NCBI GenBank assembly: GCA_951406725.2
Contig: OX597825.1
Coordinates: forward strand, 78,306,001-78,370,000
Reading direction: 5' to 3'
DNA from: Octopus vulgaris
Taxonomy: Eukaryota
DNA length: 64,000 bases
How positions within the stretch are numbered: the first letter of the stretch is position 1; each line of letters starts with the position of its first letter. Shown piece by piece: positions 10,746 through 24,682 of this stretch. Under the pieces are notes generated by a model. That model was not told the origin of the DNA and ran no database searches. It was given only the letters and a program-made list of their open reading frames with translations. Position numbers and translations under genes: made by a program.

Positions 10746-11596
10746 CATAATAACACCTTTGTTAAAACTTGCCCTTCCCGCTGCGCTTTTCTTATTTTTG
10801 CCAATTCATTGTGTGTATGTGTGTGTGTGTGTGTGTGTGTTCTGGACATTTAGATCTCCCCTCCCCCACTATCCCACATCTTCTCCAATCATACTTCTCT
10901 CCTCCTTTCCTTCAAGCGTACCAGCAACTTTCGTGGACTTACTGATCCTTAGCTCTTTCCCCTACTCTCGGCACTCAGCCTGGTTGTTTGCCTTCTTACC
11001 CACGCAGCCGCACTCGTCCCTAACATCACTGTTGTCACTGTTCCTCCCCACCGCTACTTCCATGCCACCGACTCCATCACATCTACCTCCAGTAACCTCT
11101 GCCCTTTTTCCTTCTCCCCTTACACAGGAAGGTCAAACTGATCGACACCTGGCTAACCGTTTTACAGGACATTCGGTAATGACACCTCGGTTTCGGTCTA
11201 CCAAATCCACTCACAAGACCTTGATCGGCCCGTGGCTATAGCTGGAAGCACTTCTCTAAAGTGCCATGCAGACCGATTGAACCCGAAACGGTGTTGTTGA
11301 GAAGCAAACTCTTTACTACACAGCCAAGCCTGCACCCTCATACATACATGCATACATAAATATACGCGCGCGTGTATTTGTCTGTGTGTGTTCGTTCCCA
11401 AAGATATGCTGCCCCGGTAAATCCCGAATACTCAAAACCAACGTGCTGCTATATTTTCTGTATTGTGTGAACATCGGTATTGTTATACTACCATGAAACA
11501 ACAACAACAACAACAGCAATAATAATAATGATTTCACATAATACAGATATATGCCTGTGTATATATACTTATATATATGCATATATATATATACTT

Positions 11597-11655
<59 letters not shown>

Positions 11656-11824
11656 TATATATACTTACATATACATATACATGTAAGTATATATACTTAC
11701 CCACACACACACATATATATACATACATATATACATATATATATATATGCATATATATATATACACATGCATATACGTACATACATAATACATACATACA
11801 TACTCACATACATACATATGTATG

Positions 11825-11876
<52 letters not shown>

Positions 11877-12825
11877 AGTGTACATGTACACATAGGTATG
11901 TATGAATATCAAGTTTAATCTGAACTCGTAAACATCTACACGCCACTCTCAATCTAGACAAGTCCCAGTTCTCACCATACACAGAAATCCAATGAAACTC
12001 TATATTACATTCACACAAACTCTCAAATTACTCTGAAAATGTCTTAATATATCTCTCTTCAAACAAACAAACCTCCGCAGACTCTTATTATTATTACAAC
12101 AAAGGCCTTAATCGCATTACATTTTATGAAAAAAATACAATATATTGCCAACAACAAGTTACAAACCTAAACATGGGGAAAGTGAAAAATTGTTTGGTTT
12201 AATCCGCCATTTAACCATAAAGTCTATATTCATGAGCTAAAAAAATTCCCCCGTTGAACACATGTTTATTTTTTGGTGAAAATTGCATTAAAATTCGTTT
12301 CTCTACGACATGCAACTTTGACATTCGTTAGCTAATAAATATTGATCCAAACATAATCTATTCTTTTCCAGCATTAATTTACAAGCATGCAATTGTATTC
12401 ACTCTAACGAATGCCCATTAAACGTTAAGTGTACTACTAAAGGGCTTGTTTACACTCCTACTATCAAAACCGAGATTATATGACTGATTTGTCTCAATCA
12501 TACATTGTATTAACTTTAAATCCCTTCAAGTAAACTTGATATCCCCTAGACTAGAAACTGCTGAGAGATACCTCACTCCCAGTGGTCTTCCAATACAACA
12601 GACACTAACCCAGAATTTCTGAGAGACTGTGCTAGTGCTAGAGAGTCATCCAACCTACACTAAATTCATTTGTCTTTTTCACAAGTCTGTGTTGTAGTCC
12701 AACTAGGTTTCTAGCCAACTCCTCACCAGACAAGCCTAGCGGGGGTGCCGGTTTAGTCGCCAACGACCCAATCACACAACGGGTTGTACTGGATTCTATG
12801 TTTCCTGTAGCACTCATGAAAGACA

Positions 12826-12890
<65 letters not shown>

Positions 12891-12979
12891 ATAAACATTT
12901 ACACAGTACATTATTATAGGTTCGTCTTTCTCAGTACATACACACACACACATACATACATACATACATATATATATAT

Positions 12980-13053
<74 letters not shown>

Positions 13054-13126
13054 GGCTGGATAGATGGATGGATAGATAGACAGGCAGACAGATAGATAGA
13101 CAGACAGATATATATATATATATTTA

Positions 13127-13481
13127 CTCTTTTCTCTTTTACTCTTTTACTTGTTTCAGTCATTTGACTGCGGCCATGCTGGAGCACCACCTTTAGTACT
13201 TATTCTATCGGTCTCTTTTTGCCGAACCGCTAAGTGACGGGGACGTAAACACCAGCATCGGTTGTCAAGCAATGCTAGGGGGACAAACACAGACACACAA
13301 ACAAACACACATACATATATATATATATATACATATATACGACGGGCTTCTTTCAGTTTCCGTCTACCAAATCCACTCACAAGGCATTGGTCGGCCCGGG
13401 GCTATAGCAGAAGACACTTGCCCAAGATGCCACGCAGTGGGACTGAACCCGCAACCGTGTGGTTGGTTAGCAAGCTACTTA

Positions 13482-13484
<3 letters not shown>
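13127..13484 (-). mobile_element. CORE-SINE, OR-type
   Basis: Reverse complement of the 8854-9272 family. Confidence 0.8.
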
Positions 13485-13537
<53 letters not shown>

Positions 13538-13538
<1 letters not shown>

Positions 13539-13824
13539 CAATTGCAGCGTGTAGGGTGTTTATAAGCCATTTAAGAAACACAAAAACCGTTTGATTCACT
13601 TGAACATTTAAATTTAATTTGTCAAAATATTTTCGTCGCTGTGAGACCGCTACTTGTTCACTGACAAAATTCCGTGCTGCATTTTGAGATGAATCTGAAA
13701 TGTTGAAGTGAATCTAACGGTTTTTGTGTTTTTAAATGGCTAATAAACACCTGACATGCTGCAATTGTTTTTGTTTCAGCACACGATCTCAGATCAGGTC
13801 ACTTGCTATGCAAGTACATCTCCG

Positions 13825-13825
<1 letters not shown>
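13538..13825. mobile_element. Inverted-repeat element (~72-bp arms) inserted in (TA)n, probably Penelope-derived
   Basis: acaattgcagc...ttcacttgaacattt versus aaatgttgaagtgaa...gctgcaattgt; one-armed copy at 29870-30063. Confidence 0.65.
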
Positions 13826-13884
<59 letters not shown>

Positions 13885-14226
13885 CGGAAGTGTACAAAAC
13901 ATTATTATGGGTCCATCACAAGCTGATTTCACCTCTCTTCTAATTTATTCGAAATGATGAGTAAATTTTTGTTTCTTTTCTCTCCGCCGCTACCGCCGCC
14001 ACAGAGAACGTTTTCCACTCCCTAAATTAAACCTTCTATGGATAAACTGGACGGTTTTAGGACCTCCTTCTAAACATTCTTTATGGCGCCATTGTAACAA
14101 TACGGCTGATACAGAGGGAGACACACACACACATACACATACACAGAGGTGAAATAGACGGAAAAAAGAGAGAGTGGGTGAAAAAGACAGACAGAAAGAC
14201 AGAGAGACAGAGAGAGAGCTTCTTAC

Positions 14227-14336
14227 ATGGCTTTCTGTTTGAATTGTTTCTCTTTCTGGAGTCTCTTAGTCAATTCTCCGTTTTCGTTTCGGCACTGTTG
14301 TATGATTTCTTCTTGACGCTTCAGATCTTTTTTCAA
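14227..14336 (-). CDS. Coiled-coil protein gene, exon 5: [36 protein letters not shown]
   Basis: Acceptor cctttctatttcag|TTG (phase 0), donor AT|gtaaga (phase 2); 110 nt. Confidence 0.85.
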
Positions 14337-14395
14337 CTGAAATAGAAAGGAGGTTTATTAGATACGTATCTCATACATAAGTGTGCATATATGTT

Positions 14396-14438
<43 letters not shown>

Positions 14439-14477
14439 GAGGGAGATAAATTAATATTAATTTTAATATAGCCCTCA

Positions 14478-14570
<93 letters not shown>

Positions 14571-14572
<2 letters not shown>

Positions 14573-14765
14573 CGGGAAGCTTTATGAAAATAAACAAAAG
14601 ACGAAGGCAGGTGGAATACAAACAAACAATTGTATTAGTATGGCGCTCAGGAATATAAATAAAACAAGTCTTTTACGTTTCGAGCCTACGCTCTTCAACA
14701 GAAAGATACACAGAAAAGAAACACGGAGAGAAACAAGGAGAGAAAAAAATGCGTGCAGAGGCTAG
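14571..14765 (-). mobile_element. (TA)n-embedded repeat with a degenerate hammerhead-like motif
   Basis: tcttt-CTGTTGAA-gagcgtaggctc-GAAAC-gta-aaaga at 14669-14706 (minus). Confidence 0.6.
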
Positions 14766-14766
14766 C

Positions 14767-15097
<331 letters not shown>

Positions 15098-15098
15098 C

Positions 15099-15129
<31 letters not shown>

Positions 15130-15355
15130 CGTGTGTGTATTGACTGTGTGGTAGGTAGCTTGCTTCCCAACTAAATGGATAGGGCTGCAACAGACTGGTC
15201 TCCCGTTCAGGGATAATGTTGACCTGCCCCTGCCCCGTATCCAGCCGAGTGGCGTCATTTGAAGCCACAACAATACAAAGAAGCGCACTGCGGATAGCTG
15301 TGTATATCAACATCCGACATCTTGGTCCATACATTGATACACTGATATACATGTG

Positions 15356-15387
<32 letters not shown>

Positions 15388-16376
15388 GAGACACACTCAT
15401 GCACACAAACATATCTACATTAAATGAGTCCCTATGACCTGAAGCTGATACATCTAAACATACACTCATAATTGCAGAGTTCTACATCCACGAATAATTC
15501 TTGCAGTTAGTACTTCCTCAAATTGAATGAATAAGAATTCTCCAGAGCATCTTGCCACAACAACTTACCATCCTGCCTAATTATCATTCAATACAACGCA
15601 GGTTACCCTAGAAAATCTTAACTTAACGGAAACTATATAAAGCCTTGACGAACTTCAATACATTACGGTTCGATGATGGTTTAGATGGTCGAAACTTCGA
15701 AGCCATTGCCAATACTATTACTGTTAAAGAATTATGTATGTATGTATGTATGTATGTATGTATGTATGTATGTATGTATGTATGTATGTGAATGTATACA
15801 TGTATTTATATATACACATATATATATATATATATATATGTACGTTTGTATGAATCTATGTACATATGTGTATAGATGTATATATATATATTCATACGTG
15901 CACACATGTCATATGTGTGTATATGTATAAGATACATTGTATATATATATATGTGTGTGTGTGTGTGTATACATAAATATTACATACGCACACACACATA
16001 TAATTACATATGTATATGCATACATATGCACACTCATACACACATACATACACACATGCACATGTGTGTGTGTGTAATTGTATAATTACACGTGTGTGTG
16101 TGCATGCGTGTAATTGTGTATGTACACCTGTATGTGCATGTGTGTTGTCTTTGTATGAATTGGTATGTGGGTGTTTGTGCGCATGTGTATATATGGGTGT
16201 GCGTGTATGTTTTCTATTTCTGTAGGTGTGTGCGTGTGTGCATGTGTGTGTATATATATATATGCACGTATATGTAAATATACATGAATATATATGTACG
16301 TATGCATATATGCATGTATATATGTATATGTATATATACATATATATATGTATATATATATGTATATATATATATG

Positions 16377-16461
<85 letters not shown>

Positions 16462-16619
16462 TATGTGTGTGTGTGTTTGTATTCATTTTTTCACCCCCGC
16501 CTCTTCCCTTCTTCCTCTCCACTTTTTTCCCCCCACAATTCCAGCTTCGTGACTTTCTATCGCTCTCGTTGTTCATGTTGAGTAGAATTTCTTACCATTT
16601 CATGTCTTTCATTGTTCAA

Positions 16620-17045
16620 AGCTATCATCATCGTCATCATCATTCCCACCACCGCCACCACCACCACCACCATAACCATCAAGATCATCATCATCATCAC
16701 CATTGTCATCATTATCATCGTTATCATTACCACCACCGCCGCCACCATTCTCGCCCTCCTCCTCGCCCTCCTCCTTCTCTTCCCCTCCTCCTCCTCTCTT
16801 CCCCTCCTCCTCCTCTTCCCCTCCTCCTCCCCACCACCACCATTACCATTATCATCATCATCATCATCATCGTCGTCATCATCATCATCATCATCACCGT
16901 CGTCATCACCATTACCACCACCACCACCACCACCACCATTACCACTACTGCCGCAAACGCCGCCACCACCACCACCTCCACCACTTCCACCCCACCCACC
17001 CCACCCCACCAAAACCACCATCATCATCATCATCAATATCACCAA
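16620..17045. repeat. Compound (CAT)/(CAC)/(CCT) trinucleotide tract
   Basis: Directly visible. Confidence 0.9.
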
Positions 17046-17328
17046 ATCATGAAGTTATCATGAATTATCAGTAAAACAAGCAACCCACACCCCAACAACC
17101 CTCCCACCTCCCACACAAAGAAAAAATAACAAATAGAAAAGAAAAAGAAGATAGAAGCTAATCAAATAACAAAGACAAAAACAACATTCTTTGTTGGAGA
17201 ACAAGAGAAGAGAAAACAACAACAATAACAACAACAACAACAATAACAACAGCAAAAACAGTTTCCCGGGAAATCTGCAACGTGCGAAATGCTTTAAGTT
17301 AACAGCAGCAGCAACACCAGGAGCTAGT

Positions 17329-18002
17329 GGAGGCGCAATGGCCCAGTGGTTAGGGCAGCGGACTCGCGGTCGGACGATCGTGGTTTCGATTCCCAGACCG
17401 GGCGTTGTGTGTGTTTATTGAGCGAAATCACCTAAAAAGCTCCATGTGGCGCCAGCAGGGGGTAGTGGCGACCCCTGTTGTACTCTTTCGCTACAACTTT
17501 TCTCTCACTCTTTCTTCCTGTTTCTTGTCCCCTACTTCCTACGCAACCGCTGAGCCCGGATGCGCATTCATCCATCCGTCGATGCTTTCGGTGTCGGGGG
17601 GTTGACCTGCTTTCTCTTCTGCGGGTCTTACGAATAGAAAAGGACCACGTATCGGACTTCTCCCACTGGACGAAGACCGCTACGCTCAACAGCAACAGCA
17701 GCAACAACAACAACAACAACAGTGGAGGCGCAATGGCCCAGTGGTTAAGGCAGCGGACTCGCGGTCGTAAAAACGCGGTTTCGATTCCCAAATGTGCGTG
17801 TATGTTTGTGTGTCTGTGTTTGTCCCCCCAACATCGCTTGACAACCGATGCTGGTGTGTTTATGTCCCCGTCACTTAGCGGTTCGGCAAAAGAGACCAAT
17901 AGAATAAGTACTGGGCTTACAACGAATAAATCCCCGGGCCGAGTTGCTTGACTAAAGGCGGTGCTCCAGCATGACCGCAGTCAAACGACTGAAACAAGTA
18001 AA
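17329..18002 (+). mobile_element. CORE-like SINE with tail X (17329-17690), followed by a head fragment fused to an OR-type SINE tail (17724-18002)
   Basis: Matches 6965-7325 and the 3' half of 8854-9272. Confidence 0.75.
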
Positions 18003-18105
18003 AAAAAAATATATATATATCTTATAATCTTGATGCAATTTTTCCCACAAAAATTAAATGTCAGTTCTTTCCCTTTCAATTCAGACCAACTGGAATTTGT
18101 CTTAC

Positions 18106-18196
18106 CTCATCTTTTTCACACTCAATAGCCATTCTACATCGATTCATTTGCTCTATTTTATGCTTCAGATCAAGTATTTCATCTTTGAACCGTTTT
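18106..18196 (-). CDS. Coiled-coil protein gene, exon 4: KRFKDEILDLKHKIEQMNRCRMAIECEKDE
   Basis: Acceptor ttatttaatttcag|A (phase 2), donor GAG|gtaaga (phase 0); 91 nt. Confidence 0.85.
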
Positions 18197-18448
18197 CTGA
18201 AATTAAATAAATAAATTGAAATAAAACATAACGAACAAACAGAAGAAAAAAAAAGAAATAAGTGGAAATTTTACCGGTGAGTGTGTTACATTATAAAAGA
18301 CAAAAAGAAAACGACTCTCCCCAGACACAACAGAATAAACAGAATTTTTTTTCTTTTTAATGTTTGAAATATATCAAGTGTGTCTTGGATTACTGCTATT
18401 TAATGTGCCTTTCCCCGTTGTTATTGTTGTTGTTATTGTCTAGCCTCG

Positions 18449-18682
18449 CTGGTGGCGAGCTGGCAGAATCGTTAGCAGGTCGGGCGAAATGCTTAGCGGT
18501 ATTTCGTCTGCCGTTACGTTGTGGGTTCAAATTCCGCCGAGGTCGACTTTGCCTTTCATCCTTTCGGGGTCGATAAATTAAGTACCAGTTACGCACTGGG
18601 GTCGATGTAATCGACTTAATACCTATGTCTGTCCTTGTTTGTCCCCTCTATGTTTAGCCCCTCGTGGGTAATAAAGAAATAG
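18449..18682 (+). mobile_element. Meta-core SINE with short target-site duplication
   Basis: Full head and core; gttattgtctagcctc flanks both sides (about 18432-18447 and 18682-18697). Confidence 0.85.
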
Positions 18683-18997
18683 TTATTGTCTAGCCTCAAA
18701 TTAGCCAAGATACCGCAGATCTATGATCAAAAGCATTTTAGCCGTAACGCCGTAACCATTTCATCCTTTTGAGAGTATACAGAACTACATTATATCGTCT
18801 GTTCTTGCTTTGTTTAAAGCATTATCTGTACCTTTCTGTATTCAAGGTAATATTACGTTATCTGAAGGAGAGAAAGAGAGAGAGAGGGGGGAGAGAGGGA
18901 GAGAGAAAGAAAGAGAGAGAGAGAGAAATTTGGCTGCTGTCTGTGTCATGTCAAGCGTCTCCGTACGAACTTGCCTCGGTGTCACTAGAAGGTAGGA

Positions 18998-19320
18998 GCA
19001 CTCCGTCGGTTGCGACGACGAGGGTCCCAGCTGATACGATCGACGGAACAGCCTGCTCGTGAAATTAAAGGTGCAAGTGGCTGAGCAATCCACAAACACG
19101 TGTACCCTTAGCGTAGTTCTCGGGAAGATTCAGCGTGACACAGAGTGTGACAAGGCCGGCCCTTTGAAATACAGGTACTACACATTTTTGCCAGCTGATT
19201 GGACTGGTGCAACGTGAAATAAAGTGTCTTGCTCAGGGACACAACGCGCCGCCGGGAATTGAACTCACGACCTTACGATCATGAGTCGAATGCCCCTAAC
19301 CACTAAGCCACGCGCCTTCA
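18998..19320 (-). mobile_element. tRNA-headed CORE-SINE (gaaggcgcgtggcttagtgg head) with tail Z
   Basis: A/B-box head, CORE gttgtgtccctgagcaagacacttta; ctagaaggta occurs on both flanks (probable TSD). Confidence 0.8.
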
Positions 19321-20282
19321 CTCTAGAAGGTACTATGTATTATATTTGTGGACAGTTCATGAGGCATCTATGGCTTTCACGAGTTTTCATAATGACTTAG
19401 AAATATGAGCTTACAGCTACACAGGGAATCTCCTCATCTTGGTTTGGTAAGTTAGAAGAAGGCACCGGTTTTGATAAGAGATTAGAAATCTTGATTGGTA
19501 GAACTAATCCGATTCTTGACTTAGCATCGCCATTACCGATACTATCATCTGGCTTTTGGATGCTTTAAGCAGAGGGAACTCTTTTACCCCGTAGGTCCCC
19601 AGTCTGAGGGAGATTAATTCAATATACTGATGCGCTCTTTCCAACTGTAGAAATTCTTGATTTAACCATTCTTTAATCATCACAAGTGGTTTCGTCCAAA
19701 CTTTATTCATACCAATGGTTTAATCCATCTTTTATCAGTACCAAAGGTTTAATCTTCCTTTATCTGTACGAGTCGTTTAATTCTCTCTTTATCCATACGT
19801 GTCTTCGAAGCCTTGCAAAAGACGGTAGTCACTGCTCTTCTTTCTCTGACTAAAGGATACAAATATATAGGTTTTATGATGGTTTTGTCCCCCCGTAAGA
19901 AAAATATGAAGTGAAATGGCCTCAAACACTACGAAAGAATTTGTTCCCTACATTTTTGACTTCGCGGTATACCGAAGATCAAGTTAAAAATTACTGCGAC
20001 TCACTGAATGGGAAGTTTAAATAAACTGCTTTATTACTAACACCTTTGTGCAAAACAAAGTACTAACATTGTTTTCACGGCGGATTAATATGAATTTTTT
20101 AATTATCAAATTGTATTGTTAAAATTATTAAATTATATTGTTAAAAATTCGCAGTGTGTCTGGATACCTCTTGCAGTACACTGCTTGATAACTATTCTTT
20201 ATTATAAATATACCAGCTAAAAATAGAAGCTACATTTTACTAAAACTTACTTGGAAGAGAATGCGTGGCGTTCAGTCATATA

Positions 20283-20315
<33 letters not shown>

Positions 20316-20511
20316 TACATTTGTAAAAAGGATATATATATAAGATTAAGATTAATGTAAAAAATAAATAACACTGAAGCAAAGTAACACCAAATATATA
20401 GTGCGTGTGTTTTTATTGGCTAAACTGGCAAAATGACCATTCCGAAATATAACAATATCTGTTTCAACACACGACTTCACATAAAAAATCTTGCACAACA
20501 AATATATAAAC

Positions 20512-20556
<45 letters not shown>

Positions 20557-20681
20557 TAGTTTTTATTTATTTCTTCTTGTCCTACACTTGAGCTGTTTCA
20601 CACAGGAATCCCTGCAGGGGCTCTACAACCACCCCACTAGAAATACAACGGCAATCGAAATGAATAAAGAAACGCACCAAC

Positions 20682-20710
20682 CTCTTTTTTCTGTCTCGTT
20701 GAATTTTTTG
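20682..20710 (-). CDS. Coiled-coil protein gene, exon 3 (29-nt mini-exon): QKIQRDRKK(R)
   Basis: Acceptor ttttttttctttacag|CAA (phase 0), donor AG|gttggt (phase 2); bridges exon 2 to exon 4 in phase. Confidence 0.65.
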
Positions 20711-20994
20711 CTGTAAAGAAAAAAAATAACAATATGTACATATGGGTGCGCGTGTGTGTGTGACTACATACATACATGCATACATACATGCATACATACA
20801 TGCATACATACAACAATAATTATAACGGTATATAGAATATGGAGAGTGGTACATCCGGAATTTTTATTTCCTTTTCTTTTACAATTTCATGCTGCATACT
20901 AGTCATAGACTTTAAATACTAATTAATGCAATTAGCCGTAACCTGGAACAAAACCGAAAGCTACCACAGTATCCACCCGGGTAACTCTCTAAAC

Positions 20995-21052
<58 letters not shown>

Positions 21053-21166
21053 CAATGTGTACAAATAGCACGGAAAAAAATAAAGAAATAGTTACCAGAG
21101 TAGCAAAAGTTCACATAAGTACCAATGATGTTAGAGCCTACTTATAAAGGTATAAATTCCAGGGTT

Positions 21167-21393
21167 ATAAAGAAATGGAGTTAAACGCAGGTGTTATTCA
21201 AATCTTTATACTTCCGTCATATGTTTCGACATATGTTTCGAAGAAAACATTGATATTATACTCTTTTTCCCTGATGAGAAGATTGCATTGTTTTAAATCA
21301 TTTTATTCCCTCTGGAATAATACCAATGTTTTCTTCGAAACATATGTCGGAATTATAAAGATTTGAATAACACCTGCATATAACTCCATTTCT

Positions 21394-21397
<4 letters not shown>
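21167..21397. mobile_element. Inverted-repeat element (~85-bp arms), Penelope-like terminal structure
   Basis: ataaagaaatggagtt...gaagaaaacattg versus caatgttttcttc...aactccatttctttat. Confidence 0.75.
21267..21352 (+). ncRNA. Minimal type I hammerhead ribozyme motif
   Basis: ttcc-CTGATGA-gaaga..cattg...caatg..tcttc-GAAAC-atat-GTC-ggaa: intact core, stems I and II pair, palindromic mini stem III; predicted cut after 21348. Confidence 0.7.
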
Positions 21398-21474
<77 letters not shown>

Positions 21475-22265
21475 AGTCTATCTATCTATCAATCTCCCTA
21501 TCTATCTCTCTGTGTGCACGCGCGTAAGTGTGTGTGTCTCCATCTACCTACCTTTTTGTCTGTCTATCCTTCTATCTATCCTATAAATGTTACACACACA
21601 CATAAGGTGTGTGTGTGTGTTTGTGTAGATAGGTATATGCATTGTGTGTGTACAACACCAAGCGTTTAGTAACCCCCATTTTCTTTATCACAAATATTGC
21701 CAAAATGGACTCCCAGGATCTAATAAAGACAGGATTATAATCACGACGATTGCCGTTATTAATATTGTAAATAGATCAGTTGTCAACATATTTTAAAATT
21801 GCCCCAAAATAATACAAATAAGAAGAAAGGAAGAAAAAGAAAGACACAAAAAGAAACAAACTCTAACTGTGGTCCAAAGGGGTTTAGAATATCGAGCCAA
21901 GCTTCACCGCCGTCGTGTCACGTGTCATGTTATACTGGTCGTTTATTGGTTAATTAAATTGCCTATAGTTACTAATGGAAGCTCTCGTTTCTCTGCGTAT
22001 TATTATTTTCATATGTATGTATATGGACAGACACACAGACACACACACACGCACATACATGCACACATACATACATACATACATACATACATACATACAC
22101 ACATACATACATACATACATACATACATACATACATACATACATACACACACACATACATACATACATACATACACACACACATACATACATACACACAT
22201 ACACACACACACATACATACACACATACATACATACATACATACATACACACATACATACATACA

Positions 22266-22296
<31 letters not shown>

Positions 22297-22983
22297 GTGC
22301 GGGTGTGTATGTAATACATACATAGCCATACGAATATATAGAGAGGGGGAGAGGAGGAGAGAAAAAGAGAAACAAACAAAGAAAAAGAATACAGAGAGAG
22401 AGGTGGGGGGGGGGAGAAAGAGAAATTTCGGAAAGCGGAATGTATGGGATCGAACACACTTTGGCTACATATATTCTTACAAACCACGGGCCAAAATGGT
22501 AGACTCGCTAGCGTATCAATTAAAATACTTCGTAATATTTGCTCCCTTGCTCTCCGTTCTGAGTTCAAATCTCACCAAGGTCCACTTTGCTTTTCATCTT
22601 AATGAGATCGATAACCATATCATCAATCCAAGGCAGCAGAATGAGATAATTGCAAGAACAACAGATCGAATGCCTTGCGGTATTTCCTCCCGTTCTTTCG
22701 ATTCTGAGTCCAAATCCCACCATGGCTTACTTAAACGGTAGCCTTAAATCTAACTTTCGGTTTAAAACCTCACCAAGCTGTCCTTGGGTTCTTTTATCAG
22801 AGTCCATTTAGCTGTAAGTTTTCAGGTAGGGTCACCTTTCCGTGAGGCCCCTTTTCCGTTTTCTTTTCCCTTCGTTTTTTTTTTGTCTGAGGCCTTGTAA
22901 AGGGACGTAAGCACTGACTTTCTTTCTGACTAAAAAATCAAATTAAAAAAAACAAAACAAAACAAAACAAATAGACGTCTCAC

Positions 22984-23139
22984 CTGTAAAGTGTTGTTCA
23001 CCTTCTTTTCGTTCCTCATCTGACCAATTAATTCGGAGTAAACATCGGAGATTTGTTTGATGTTTTTCCGAGCAATTTCCACATCTTCCAATGTTTTGTT
23101 TTTCCATTCTTGTTGATTTTCCAATTTGCTTTCTGCTAT
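22984..23139 (-). CDS. Coiled-coil protein gene, exon 2: IAESKLENQQEWKNKTLEDVEIARKNIKQISDVYSELIGQMRNEKKVNNTLQ
   Basis: Acceptor ttctctgtttctcag|ATA, donor CAG|gtgaga; 156 nt, phase 0/0. Confidence 0.88.
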
Positions 23140-23196
23140 CTGAGAAACAGAGAACACAGCCAATCACAGAGTGAAAAGGTAAAATCAGAGGAAAAC

Positions 23197-23256
<60 letters not shown>

Positions 23257-23260
<4 letters not shown>

Positions 23261-23735
23261 ACAGATAGAGAAATTAAGGTCAATAAACCAGATATAGTTG
23301 TCAGAGATCATGAAGAAAAAAATGCTTTCTAATCGATGTATCAATACCAGCAGACGACAACGTGTCTCTAAAAGAAATGGAGAAACTTTCAAAATACAAA
23401 GACCTGGAAACAGAGGTAACTCGAATGTGGAATCTAAAAACAGAAACAATCTCTATCATAAGTAGGCGCATTAGGTATGATAAAAAATATTCAGACATAA
23501 AATAAAAAATATTCAGACATAACAAAAACACCAGGACTTACAAACACATATAACATACAGAAAATTGCACTACTACGCACTGCACACATCCTGCGCAGAA
23601 CACTTTCAATACAGTAACCATCAGAGCATCACAACAAATCACAGCACATACCCAAGGAACACAGAGCTGCGCTCGGTAGTGAAGTGAAAGCACACTATAA
23701 AAATAAAACTACTGAATTATGATAATAATAATAAA
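23257..23735 (+). mobile_element. R4/Dong-type non-LTR retrotransposon 3' end (restriction-like endonuclease remnant) in (TAA)n
   Basis: Translates as TDREIKVNKPDIVVRDHEEKKCFLIDVSIPADDNVSLKEMEKLSKYKDLETEVTRMW (PD..D..K..KY REL motif); flanked by TAA repeats. Confidence 0.8.
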
Positions 23736-24280
23736 TGCCCTGATGCAGTACCAGGCAGTGGCTCTCATGGCTTTTGATCTTAACTGATTGAAAGTGTTAT
23801 CATGTACATTGTTTTGTTTTGGTATATTCTGCAAATATTCTGCTCAATACCACAGATTTGCCTGTCAGTTGTTTGACCTTAACCAGTTGAGCATGTCCCT
23901 TAGTGGCTGATGATATGTGCATCTCTGATCATGAGCAGAAATAGTGGGGGAACATCATAGCCGTGTGTTGAAAGGAATTCTTAGAGGTTTGGTTAATTCA
24001 CCTTTGGAGATATGGGTGGTTCGTTCAACATCCTTAAACAACCCTTATCCAGGGACCTTTTCAGCAGGATGGGTTACTCGACCAGAAGAAAATTCTAACT
24101 GGGTCCCAACTGCAAGGTCATGTGCTGTTTATCTTGATATGAGATCACCATGTCACACACATATGGTTGGGATGCATGTGCCTGGTGTACCCTTATCAAA
24201 CGGGTAGTCATGATGGGTATACTGGGCTTCGTATATTTTACCCCAGTGTCACTTTGATGGCATGAACTGTATATTTTACA
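23735..24280 (+). mobile_element. ~550-bp non-coding (TAA)n-associated interspersed repeat
   Basis: Copies at 57258-57667 (opposite strand) and 62797-63350, each next to TAA tracts. Confidence 0.75.
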
Positions 24281-24682
24281 TTATTATTATTATTATTTAT
24301 TATTATTATTATTATTATTCAGGTCACTGCCTGGAATCGAACTCAGAATCTTGGGGTCAGTAGCCCTCGCTCTTAACAACTACGCCTTCTCTAGTCATAT
24401 AGACTCATAAGGGACGGTTGACCGGTTTCCATGGCGTATATGCTCCCCAACTCGACGGGATTCCGTTCTGTCGCAGGATACTCATTTTTGTCAATCGAAA
24501 TGAAGTGTTTAGTTCAAGAACGCAACGCATCGCCTGGTCCAGGAATCGAAACCGCAATCTTACGGTCATGAATCCAATACCCTAACCACTAAGCCATGCG
24601 CATCCACACTCCATTCTAAAAATAAAAGTATTTTTAAAGAATCAAAAAATTATCAACTACATTATGGCCAGGAGATGGCAGT

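Noticed and set aside
10693-11241. 182-aa Pro/Ser/Leu-rich ORF
   Set aside because: Spans a SINE tail, (TG)n and pyrimidine-rich low-complexity DNA.
19504-19800. 68-aa ORF and diverged ~30-bp repeats
   Set aside because: No splice support; degenerate minisatellite of little information.
20231-20259. Alternative first exon MTERHAFSS|gtaagt
   Set aside because: Phase fits but it directly abuts (TA)n with no promoter or acceptor evidence.
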